IMG/VR virus record: IMGVR_UViG_2724679352_000002
Coordinates: 44,905 to 64,904 of that record
Source of the DNA: an uncultured virus (IMG/VR IMGVR_UViG_2724679352_000002)
Taxonomy: Duplodnaviria; Heunggongvirae; Uroviricota; Caudoviricetes
Strand: one strand, 5' to 3'
Length of the DNA: 20,000 nucleotides
Numbering within the stretch: the stretch's first letter is position 1; each line of letters begins with the position of its first letter. The translations under genes and the position numbers were made by a program. Shown in pieces: positions 7,231-15,333 of this stretch. The notes under the pieces were generated by a model. That model was not told the origin of the DNA. It did not search any database and was given only the letters and a program-made list of their open reading frames with translations.

Positions 7231-7569
7231 TTATTTACCTCTCTTTTCTTTCAGATAACACTTACGATATTTTTCAGCATTATCAAGATCTTTGTCCTGA
7301 GCCGATTTATCTCCAGCACATAACAAGATGATTAGCTCATCACCATCCTGCATCAAATACAGTCTAATACCCGGCCCCCAATTAATGCGGTATTCACCGA
7401 TACCGGGACGACCACTGAGCCATTTTACAGATGACGTATTCCCTACCATTAAACGAGCAATTGCTGAGTCGATTTTCACTCTCGCTTGAGGGTTTTTTTT
7501 ACGCCATTTATCCAGAGGGCTGATACCTTCAGGCGTCTGGTATTCTTTGATGGTGATTTCAAGTCTCAT
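7231..7569 (-). CDS. RelE/ParE-superfamily toxin (addiction module killer, HigB-like)
   Basis: GIGEYRINWGPGIRLY...IILLCAGDKSAQDKD motif, in toxin-first order. Confidence 0.88.
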   Translation of the reverse strand: MRLEITIKEYQTPEGISPLDKWRKKNPQARVKIDSAIARLMVGNTSSVKWLSGRPGIGEYRINWGPGIRLYLMQDGDELIILLCAGDKSAQDKDLDNAEKYRKCYLKEKRGK

Positions 7570-7574
7570 GGATG

Positions 7575-7604
7575 AATGGTAATTTATATATTACCATTTA
7601 ACAA
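7575..7604 (-). promoter_or_regulatory. Promoter/operator of the HigBA-like module
   Basis: Inverted repeat aatggtaat-N6-attaccatt (7575-7598) overlapping TTGTTA-17-TACCAT. Confidence 0.7.
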
Positions 7605-7651
7605 GGTGCAGGGTAGGAAAAATAAGACTAAAAAGCAATTTTAAGTGTTAC

Positions 7652-7732
7652 GGTGATGCTTCCCTTGCGACGTGGATAAAAAGGATATTGCGTAAAGAGT
7701 TACGCGAAAGAGGCATTGAACCTAAAGGTTAG
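7652..7732 (+). pseudogene. 3' remnant of a paralogue of the RHH gene at 6658-6837
   Basis: GDASLATWIKRILRKELRERGIEPKG* aligns with GDDNKAGWIKRLLRRELDRRGIELKGE*. No N-terminus is present. Confidence 0.75.
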
Positions 7733-7739
7733 GTGAGTA

Positions 7740-7798
7740 TATACAATGTATAACTTTTGATTGTTCTCTTTGGTACTTGAGGTTATACTTTGTATAAT
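7740..7798 (+). promoter_or_regulatory. Operator palindromes and -10 of the MazEF/ChpSB-like module
   Basis: tatac-aat-gtata (7740-7752) and ttatac-ttt-gtataa (7783-7797), the latter overlapping TATAAT. Confidence 0.65.
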
Positions 7799-7818
7799 TT
7801 CTTGCGGGGGATAATACT

Positions 7819-8070
7819 ATGACTATAGCAATCAAAAAGTGGGGCAACAGTAGTGGCGTTGTCTTGCCCTCATTATTGTTGAAAAAACTAGGTGTGACCA
7901 ACGGGCAACATCTTGATGCAGAAATAAAGAATGGCTCATTGATTCTGACCCCAACACAACGCCGTTACACGCTTGAAGAGTTAGTCGCGCAATGTGATAA
8001 AAATGCGCCAATGACGGCAGAAGAGGATGTTTGGGGTAACGACGCACCGACAGGGAATGAAATATGGTGA
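7819..8070 (+). CDS. AbrB/MazE-family antitoxin (ChpS/PemI-like)
   Basis: IKKWGNSSGVVLP...YTLEELVAQCD...GNEIW. Confidence 0.93.
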   Translation: MTIAIKKWGNSSGVVLPSLLLKKLGVTNGQHLDAEIKNGSLILTPTQRRYTLEELVAQCDKNAPMTAEEDVWGNDAPTGNEIW

Positions 8071-8420
8071 AGCGTAAGCAGGGATGGAATCGCGGCGATA
8101 TCGTTTTAGTAGACTTTAACCCGGCAATGGGGAGTGAGCAGCGAGATGCTCGTCCAGCGCTGGTATTGACAAAAAAACTGTTTAACAATCTCGGCATGGC
8201 CCTTGTTGCCCCAATAACTCAGGGCGGTAACTATGTGCGCCATGCTGGTTTTACCGTGTCGCTGTCGGGTACAGGATGTACAACACAAGGCGTCGTTTTA
8301 CTCAATCAAGTCCGAATGCTCGATCTTATGGCACGAAATGCCCGCTTTGTGGAGCAACTTGATGAAGTCGCCGTAAATGACGCTCTGCTGAAATTTGCGA
8401 CTCTCGTCGAAATTGACTAG
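8064..8420 (+). CDS. PemK/MazF-family endoribonuclease toxin (ChpB-like)
   Basis: RGDIVLVDFNPAMGSEQRDARPALVL...VAPITQGG...GVVLLNQVRMLD. Confidence 0.93.
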   Translation: MVKRKQGWNRGDIVLVDFNPAMGSEQRDARPALVLTKKLFNNLGMALVAPITQGGNYVRHAGFTVSLSGTGCTTQGVVLLNQVRMLDLMARNARFVEQLDEVAVNDALLKFATLVEID

Positions 8421-8995
8421 CCAAGAAATATTGGTAGGGGTTTTATACCAATCAATTACGCTCGTATTGAGGTTGCTCTGCACGTTCTCTTAAAAAATCA
8501 TCTGAAACGTGCGGGCTACTGAGGAAAAAACTATCCCATGCATTTTTAACAGGTAACAAAATACGCTCATTTTTTACAACTTTTGGTTTAATGTTTTCTT
8601 TAAAATACATATCTACCTTATATGACATATTTTATAAGCTAATAAATAGAATCTAAGAGAAATATTTGATAGAAATTGTGAAATTTTTATTGATTCATTT
8701 TAGCTATTTAAGTCTCTCTAAAAAAGACATCTGCAATCCATTAAGTCATGCTAGTTTGGTTTTTCGACCCATTGTCTAACAGGATTAGACAACGGGCGAT
8801 ATTTTCAAACGATAGAGAGTCATCTTTTGTAGCCCCGTAGACACAATAATTCAGTTTATGGCGATAACTGTAGCCCTTGGGATACAAGAAATTAAAAAAT
8901 CATCGTCAATAAAGCGACTGATTCAGTAGACAATACACTGACAAATATCCCGCCAACTGTAACCACGGGCATCATCCCGAACAATGCCTCAACCT

Positions 8996-9040
8996 CACTT
9001 TAAGACAAATATTTTCCAAGTTAAAATAACGAGTTACAGG
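8996..9040. repeat. Dispersed repeat copy R4
   Basis: cactttaagacaaatattttccaagttaaaataacgagttacagg. Confidence 0.85.
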
Positions 9041-9137
9041 ATAGGTTACTGCAATCTCCCAAGGTTTTTGATGAGAATTCGAGTATTTTGTTGATTGAAT
9101 TTACCCTCCAACTCTCTATTCAGTTATTAAGCTTTAT

Positions 9138-9166
9138 TTGATTTTGTAGCTCAGTTGAGCCACAAT
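9138..9166 (+). promoter_or_regulatory. dinJ-yafQ promoter/operator
   Basis: TTGATT-17-CACAAT overlapped by the palindrome ttgtagctca-gt-tgagccacaa (one mismatch). Confidence 0.7.
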
Positions 9167-9195
9167 GTGGTCTCCAACTAAAAGGAGGCTTTACT

Positions 9196-9456
9196 ATGGC
9201 CGCAAATGCTTTTGTTCGTGCTCGTATAGACGAAACCCTAAAAAATGAAGCCGCTGCTGTGCTTGCTGGCATGGGTTTAACCGTATCCGATCTGGTGCGG
9301 ATAACCTTAACCAAGGTCGCCCGAGAAAAAGCGCTTCCGTTCGATTTGAGTATTCCTAACGAACTTACCGCTAAAACTATTGCCAACAGCGAGAAAGGTG
9401 TCGATGTCCATAAAGCAAAGGATGCCGATGATCTGTTTGATAAATTAGGTATCTGA
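9196..9456 (+). CDS. dinJ: RelB/DinJ-family antitoxin
   Basis: MAANAFVRARIDETLKNEAAAVLAGMGLTVSDLVRITLTKVAREKALPFDL...DADDLFDKLGI. Confidence 0.95.
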   Translation: MAANAFVRARIDETLKNEAAAVLAGMGLTVSDLVRITLTKVAREKALPFDLSIPNELTAKTIANSEKGVDVHKAKDADDLFDKLGI

Positions 9457-9462
9457 TAGACC

Positions 9463-9741
9463 ATGATTAAACAAAGGGAAATTGAATATTCAGGTCAGTT
9501 CCAGAAAGATGTGAAAAAAGCTCAGAAGCGCCATAAAGATATAAATAAACTTAAAGTCATTATGACGCTTCTGATTAACGATAAATTGCCCTTGCCTGTT
9601 GTATATAAGGATCATCAATTACAAGGTAATTACAAAGGTTACAGGGATGCACATATAGAGCCAGACTGGCTTATCATCTACAAGATTACTGATGATTTGC
9701 TTCGCTTCGAAAGGACAGGAAGCCATTCTGATCTATTTTAG
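9463..9741 (+). CDS. yafQ: YafQ-family mRNA interferase toxin
   Basis: REIEYSGQFQKDVK...KDHQLQG...YRDAHIEPDWLIIYK...FERTGSHSDLF. Confidence 0.95.
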   Translation: MIKQREIEYSGQFQKDVKKAQKRHKDINKLKVIMTLLINDKLPLPVVYKDHQLQGNYKGYRDAHIEPDWLIIYKITDDLLRFERTGSHSDLF

Positions 9742-9753
9742 GTATCACTCAGC

Positions 9754-9780
9754 CTCATTTTAAGACAAACATAAAATAAG
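9754..9780. repeat. Dispersed repeat copy R5 (shortened), abutting the end of the tail fibre assembly gene
   Basis: ctcattttaagacaaacataaaataag. Confidence 0.75.
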
Positions 9781-9783
9781 CTG

Positions 9784-10200
9784 TCATTGCGGCAACTCCG
9801 GCCAGTCAATCTCTGGCGCAGCGCTGGTGTTGATGCGCATTAACGCGACGCGGTACTGTTTGAATGCCGCCAATTGCTGAATATCAGTCTGTTGATTATC
9901 CATTGCGATAGCGTCGAGTAGGATGTTGATGTGATCTGATACCTGATTTATCAGCGCGGTTTTCTGTTGGCTTGCGGCGGCAATATGGCGGGCTTTTAAT
10001 GCCTGTTGATCGACTTCCCAGGCGGTTCCTGTCCATATATCAAACTCATGCATTGGCTGAATCAGTGTTTTATTGTGTGGAATGGGGCGAGCACAAAAAT
10101 GATGGATTCATGTTTTGTTTCAATGTCATACACCGTTTGATGGCGATAGTCTGCCACTGTTACCCACTGGTTAGCAGTTAAATCCCTGACCAATGCCATG
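9784..10200 (-). pseudogene. Tail fibre assembly chaperone (Tfa/gpG-like) remnant: 5' deleted, frameshift near 10088
   Basis: ALVRDLTANQWVTVADYRHQTVYDI... continues in another frame as PIPHNKTLIQPMHEFDIWTGTAW...YRVALMRINTSAAPEIDWPELPQ*. Confidence 0.85.
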
Positions 10201-10916
10201 CCGGTTTTTGTCAGCGCATTGATCCCCGCCGAGGCAATAATGCAGGGGCCACCCCAGCCAAATGCCCCGACCTGCATGAGTTCATCTTGAGCATTACCCA
10301 CATTTCTGGTGGCCGCAGAGCCTAATTGCAAGTTAGTCCGCGCCGCTTTGGTATCGCTAAGATCAAATAAATTGTGGCTGGCGAGGAGATATTGCGGGTG
10401 TGGATTAAGGGTGCGGATATGGTTGCTGATTGAGGTTACAGTGGTGCTGATGAGTTGGTCGGCATATTGGCGTGTTGCCAGCACCACTGCTGGGTCGGTT
10501 TTCAGGATAACGGCTGCTGTGCTGCTGACGGCCAAAATGACTCGAATAGTCTGGATGCGGCCACTGCCTTCCTGCATTTGTGGCTTATAACTTTCCGGGC
10601 AATTGGCGATGGCAATTAACTCTCCGGCTTTATTCAGCAAACCAATCTCCCGGATCCACCACCCGCCCTCGGTCTCAGGGATAATTTGCTCCACAATAAT
10701 CTGATGGGGATTGCTCGGGTCAATGGTCAGGGCATTAAGGGCGGCGCGGCGTTGTTCATTCACCAGTTGGGTTTGTGCCGGGCTAGGGGTTGGCAGGGTT
10801 CCACCGCCATCCCCGACCGCCATGTGGGTAATCTCTAAGCGGGTGCCGAGCGCAGTGGCGTTCGCCAGTTTGGCCGCGCCGATATGGGTCAGTAAGGCGA
10901 AGTATTTAGCGGTCAT
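10062..10916 (-). pseudogene. gpH: Tail fibre gpH N-terminus, truncated and fused in frame to a Tfa fragment
   Basis: The P2 H-type N-terminus (KYFALLTHIGAAKLANA...MAVGDGGG...GGWWIREIGL...NCPESYKP) switches to Tfa sequence after TKTGM. Confidence 0.88.
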
Positions 10917-11395
10917 ATTGAGTCCATTCGATAGGGGTACACGGTCAACTCATCACCGCTGTAACTGGTGGCAGCCACAGTCAGCGGGCCGCTACTTTCC
11001 AGATTAATCGATAGGCCGATCAAATGGCGACTACAGGGTTTGGCATCAAAAATCAGCCGCTCCAGCTCGGGGTACATTTCCTCGGTAATGCCTGTTTCCA
11101 ACACCCACATCAAGGCGAAAGGTGCCGGGGGTTTCGTTGGTCTTCCACCACTCAATCACCTTAATGAGATAGCCGAGCGGCTCAACCACGCGACGAATTG
11201 CGCCGATGGTGCCTTTGTGTTTGTGCACGTACTGCGAGGACTTCACCACCGCGCGCTTGGCGGCTTCCGGCCATTTCTCATCCCAGCGGTCCACAGCTGG
11301 CGTAATGGCACGTCAATGTCAGCCATGCGGGCGCAGGCTTGTGCGGCGGCAATTTCCAACGGGGTAGAGCCAACCGGCAATAGTCGTTTATTCAT
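10913..11395 (-). pseudogene. gpI: Baseplate/tail protein gpI with an internal deletion and frameshifts
   Basis: Three pieces in different frames: MNKRLLPVGSTPLE...PLRQLW, then DRWDEKWPE...GTFRLDVGV, then LETGITEEMY...AKPCSRHL. The conserved CP..LP.LAW segment is missing. Confidence 0.9.
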
Positions 11396-12296
11396 CTGAG
11401 CCACCCGCCGTTAATGTATAGCCAGCGCACCAGGCGGCTTGTGTTTTATTGAGTACCACATCAGCAACCGGCGCAGTCAGCTCTACCCGCTGCACACCCT
11501 CGACATGCAGTGCGGCATAAATAGCAGATTTGCGAATATCCCGCCCTAAGCGGCGCTGAGTGCTGATATAGCTTTTTAGCCTGGCTTCGGCTGCGGCTCG
11601 AATCGGCTCGGCTTCCGGCCCCGGATAAAAATAGAGCGTGGCGTCAATCTGATACTCAACGATGGTGGCAGAATTGACGGTTAAGCGGTCAGCTACCGGG
11701 CGCACGTTCTCATCGTTTAGCGCTATAAATACCTTATCTAATAAATACTGTGCCGCTGTACCATTTCCCTCGCGAGATAGCACGGTGACGGTAACGCACG
11801 CGGGGGAGGGGCTGATTGCGGAAGCATCGGCCACCCGACCATCCGCACTGCGGGCGTGATACTCGTAAGCACCCGTTGGCCCGGCCACGCTCAAACCCTC
11901 AAAGGCTTGCGGAATACGCATACGGAAATCGTCGTCAGATTCCATCACTGCGGTAATAGGTGGGATTGTGTCTGGATTGGCTGGCGTGATGGTTAACCGC
12001 TCAATACCATTATTTGCGCCGAGGTGATCTAAGTCGCTGCCAATAGCATGGGCTACCATCACCGCTTGCGCTCCCTCATTGACACGCTGACGCAACAGCA
12101 ATTCACGGTAGGTACTTTCCTGCAACAGCTTCACGATGGGTTCCGACTCAAATGACAACGTTAGGCGCACCGCGTCTTGTTGATCAGCCGGATATAAGGC
12201 GATAAATTCCTCTTTGCGCACGGCAAACAGGCTTTCAAAATCCAGTGATTCAATCACCAGCGGGGCCGGTAACTGGCTTAAATCAATGATTGCCAT
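11388..12296 (-). CDS. gpJ: Baseplate assembly protein gpJ
   Basis: IDLSQLPAP...ESEPIVKLLQE...LSVAGPTGAYEYHA...VRPVADRLTV. Confidence 0.96.
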   Translation of the reverse strand: MAIIDLSQLPAPLVIESLDFESLFAVRKEEFIALYPADQQDAVRLTLSFESEPIVKLLQESTYRELLLRQRVNEGAQAVMVAHAIGSDLDHLGANNGIERLTITPANPDTIPPITAVMESDDDFRMRIPQAFEGLSVAGPTGAYEYHARSADGRVADASAISPSPACVTVTVLSREGNGTAAQYLLDKVFIALNDENVRPVADRLTVNSATIVEYQIDATLYFYPGPEAEPIRAAAEARLKSYISTQRRLGRDIRKSAIYAALHVEGVQRVELTAPVADVVLNKTQAAWCAGYTLTAGGSDE

Positions 12297-12652
12297 TATT
12301 GACTTCCTATTGGCACGGCCAAACTCAACCGACTGTCACTATCGGTGCGACTTCCGGTTAAATCCACCATCATCTTGCCGTCTTTTTGAGTGGTGATACT
12401 GATGGCATTCAGCGTCACGCGCGGCTCCCAGCGCATCACTGCGCCATACACCGCCACCATCATTTTGAGACGTAAGGCGGGATTTTGTGGCTGGTCAATC
12501 AGGGTTGATAGCAAGGAGCCATAATCACGGCGCATCACTCGCGAGCCTTGCGGCGTGGTCAGAATGTCGCTGATTGACTGGCGAATGTGGTCAATATCTC
12601 CGATGTTTAAACCGCTGTTGCGGTTCATACCGATATATTTATAGCTGGTCAT
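12296..12652 (-). CDS. gpW: Baseplate wedge protein gpW
   Basis: DHIRQSISDILTTPQGSRVMRRDYGS...RWEPRV. Confidence 0.96.
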   Translation of the reverse strand: MTSYKYIGMNRNSGLNIGDIDHIRQSISDILTTPQGSRVMRRDYGSLLSTLIDQPQNPALRLKMMVAVYGAVMRWEPRVTLNAISITTQKDGKMMVDLTGSRTDSDSRLSLAVPIGSQ

Positions 12653-13284
12653 TTAACCCCCTCAGTCCAGCTTCCGCCGCGCTGCACGCCGCCGTGGTCA
12701 TGCTTATCAACCACCACGCCATTAGATGAAAGTTTCCCGCCGGAATGCGTGACATTACCGCTCATAGTGCCACCTTGCTTCACGTTCAGCGTGGCGGTGG
12801 TCAGGTTGTGGGTGCATTCCACTTCTGGCGTATCCAGTGTGATTTTGACTGATGCGGTACAGGTGATATTGGGGGCGGTGACAGTGACTGACTTGCTGGC
12901 ATCAATCACTGCGGTGGCTATTCCGGTGACAGCCAGGTGACTGGTTTCCGGCTCATACTCAAAACGCGCACCATCGGGAAAAGTGATCACCATGGCATCC
13001 GCCGATTGTGACGGCGCGGAATTGGCATCTGAAAAAATGGCGGGCAGCACAAAACCGGTAGTGAGTTCACCGCCGATACTCAACACCATAACTTGTTCAC
13101 CCACTGATGGCGCAGACCAAAAGCGCACTCGACCGGCGCGTAGGGTTAACCAATTTAGCCAATCGGTTTCAAGGTTGCCTATCTTGACCCGGCATAATCC
13201 GTTAGCAAGATCGACGTCTGAGACGATGCCAATACGGATAATGTTAGCCAACAGGCGTTTAAGGCCAGCAATAAGGATATTCAT
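12649..13284 (-). CDS. gpV: Baseplate spike protein gpV
   Basis: MNILIAGLKRLLANIIRIG...WSAPSVGEQV..., with a C-terminal metal-binding HDH motif. The start was reassigned to ATG at 13284. Confidence 0.95.
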   Translation of the reverse strand: MNILIAGLKRLLANIIRIGIVSDVDLANGLCRVKIGNLETDWLNWLTLRAGRVRFWSAPSVGEQVMVLSIGGELTTGFVLPAIFSDANSAPSQSADAMVITFPDGARFEYEPETSHLAVTGIATAVIDASKSVTVTAPNITCTASVKITLDTPEVECTHNLTTATLNVKQGGTMSGNVTHSGGKLSSNGVVVDKHDHGGVQRGGSWTEGVK

Positions 13285-13290
13285 GCGGCC

Positions 13291-13349
13291 AGTGTGCCGC
13301 CTACGGGCGCGCGCGGCATGTGATGGGTTTTGTGTGAGGGATGGCACAA
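13291..13349 (-). promoter_or_regulatory. P2-type late promoter PV with Ogr/Delta activator site
   Basis: TGT-N12-ACA at 13331-13348. A -10-like CACACT at 13296-13291 lies 6 nt before the gpV ATG. Confidence 0.85.
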
Positions 13350-13672
13350 GAGGTTCCCCAGAGATTCAAATTAGATTTTCACATATAGCATTTAATTAAA
13401 TGAAAGCAATAAATTAAATAAAGCAAACAAGAGAAGTCAGGTTATTAAATAATACACTATTAATTAATATTGTATTATTTAAATATTGAATAGATTATTA
13501 AATAAATTATCATTACAGTAATTATATTTTTTAGTTAATGATTAACAATCAATCTGAAATATATGTGATGTATATTTTAATAACTATTATACTAATCTAG
13601 CTGGTTATTTTTAATGCCTGATATTTTCCGTTTCTCACGTAGAGTTACCACAATAATTTATTTGGAGTTCGT

Positions 13673-15280
13673 ATGAATTTTAATAATAAACTTATGGGGA
13701 TTTTCAAGTCACCATTATTCAATCCTGAACTAAAATTTCACATATCCAAGCGTGACTATATAGATTTAACTATAAAAAGGATGAAATTTATTTTCAAAGA
13801 AAAAATAATTAACAATGACATGTGGCTTGGTCAGGGCAAAGAAATTAAATTCAATGAGTTGTGTGAAAATATAGGCTTAATTGGTGCATTCGATCACTCA
13901 TTAGCAATATCGATATCTATCCATATGATTTCTGGGAATGTTATGTTCACGCAATCTGACCTTATTCAGATGGGTAAATATCATGATGAAGTCAATAATA
14001 TGCACTGCATATACTCTATGTGTTGTTCAGAAATTGCCAACGGCACTAACTTAAAGAATCTGGAAACTACGGTAACCTATGATCATAAACATAAAAAATT
14101 GCTTCTCCATTCCCCAAGCTTTGGTTCATGTAAGTTTTGGATAGGGAATGCTCTCTACAGCGCATCTGTGGGTGTGGTATTAGCAAGACTTGTAGTTAAT
14201 AATATTGATCATGGCCCTCATTGGTTCCGAGTTCCATTAAGGGATAAGGATGATGGGATATTATTCTCGGGTATAAATATCATCCCTGTAGGCCCTGAGG
14301 GAGGGATGCACGGAATACAGATGGCTGCAATTCGATTTAATCAGGTTGGTTTGCCTCTCGATGCTATGTTGCAACGCTATTCCAGCATATCTTCTGACGG
14401 TGTATATCATAGCGAAATGGATCAACCACAGCGTTATATAAATTTATTTGAAACTTTTTTACAAGAAAGACTGATTCCATTATATATGCTAATCAAATCC
14501 TCAGCTACTGCGCTTGATATCACATTTAAATACTCTCAAAATAGAATTATATCACATGAACCGACGTGTAAAACATTAATTATGGAGCCGCTTTTTTGCC
14601 AACGATTATATCCAGAGCTATTAAAGTCGGCTGCGATTATGATTATCGGAAAAATAATCGTCAGGAAATTTATAGACTCTTGGGAAAATAAAAATTCCTA
14701 TAAAGAGTTGCAGATTATAGCTTCGACAGGAAAGTATATTGGAACAGCGTTGGGTTTGGATATTCTGCGTCAGTGTCGTTTGATGTGTGGGGCCTTAGGA
14801 TTTCATCATTATAATAAAATCATCACATTGCAGAATGATGCAGAGGCAGCATTAACTTATGCTGGTGACAATTCTGTAATGTCATACCAAATTGCAAAGC
14901 ATATGGTTAGAACACAGCGATTTAATAATCCGATGACTGTTCCCGCTAATCTTGCTCAAGAGGTTGAGAAGAAAGTCGTCGCTGATTGTCAACATAACCC
15001 ATTATCACATGCTGCCGCACAAATATTATCTTACTCTTATGGGTTAGATTTGGTTATTCAAGAGATACAAAATTCAGATATTTTAGATGATGAGCTGTTA
15101 TTAGATTTAATTAATGTCTTTTCACCTTATTTGTCTGAAATTCCAAGCCCTATAGTTCCTACAATAGAGAGAATAACCTATCTGATTAACCTTATCTCAC
15201 CGCCACCTGAACTAATAACAGCACCAATAGCTAATGCTGACTATACAAAGGAGTTCACTTCTAAGTTATATACTGAATGA
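13673..15280 (+). CDS. Acyl-CoA oxidase/dehydrogenase-fold flavoprotein
   Basis: SEIANGTNLKNLETTVTYD, KFWIGN, VVLARLV...DHGPHWFRVPLRD, CRLMCGALGF and TYAGDNSV correspond to acyl-CoA oxidase motifs. RBS GGAG. Confidence 0.85.
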   Translation: MNFNNKLMGIFKSPLFNPELKFHISKRDYIDLTIKRMKFIFKEKIINNDMWLGQGKEIKFNELCENIGLIGAFDHSLAISISIHMISGNVMFTQSDLIQMGKYHDEVNNMHCIYSMCCSEIANGTNLKNLETTVTYDHKHKKLLLHSPSFGSCKFWIGNALYSASVGVVLARLVVNNIDHGPHWFRVPLRDKDDGILFSGINIIPVGPEGGMHGIQMAAIRFNQVGLPLDAMLQRYSSISSDGVYHSEMDQPQRYINLFETFLQERLIPLYMLIKSSATALDITFKYSQNRIISHEPTCKTLIMEPLFCQRLYPELLKSAAIMIIGKIIVRKFIDSWENKNSYKELQIIASTGKYIGTALGLDILRQCRLMCGALGFHHYNKIITLQNDAEAALTYAGDNSVMSYQIAKHMVRTQRFNNPMTVPANLAQEVEKKVVADCQHNPLSHAAAQILSYSYGLDLVIQEIQNSDILDDELLLDLINVFSPYLSEIPSPIVPTIERITYLINLISPPPELITAPIANADYTKEFTSKLYTE

Positions 15281-15333
15281 TGTGATATTTACTCACCTGC
15301 ATCACACTAATTAATCACTATAGGAATCACACT

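Noticed and set aside
7620..7661. Possible sixth degenerate repeat (taagac...gtta...cggtgatgctt, sharing 11 nt with 4199-4209)
   Set aside because: Too diverged to separate from chance by eye.
4155..9780. Repeats R1-R5 as a CRISPR array or classical integron attC sites
   Set aside because: Spacing is 0.6-3.1 kb and irregular, there are no cas or intI genes, and the repeats lack attC-like dyad symmetry.
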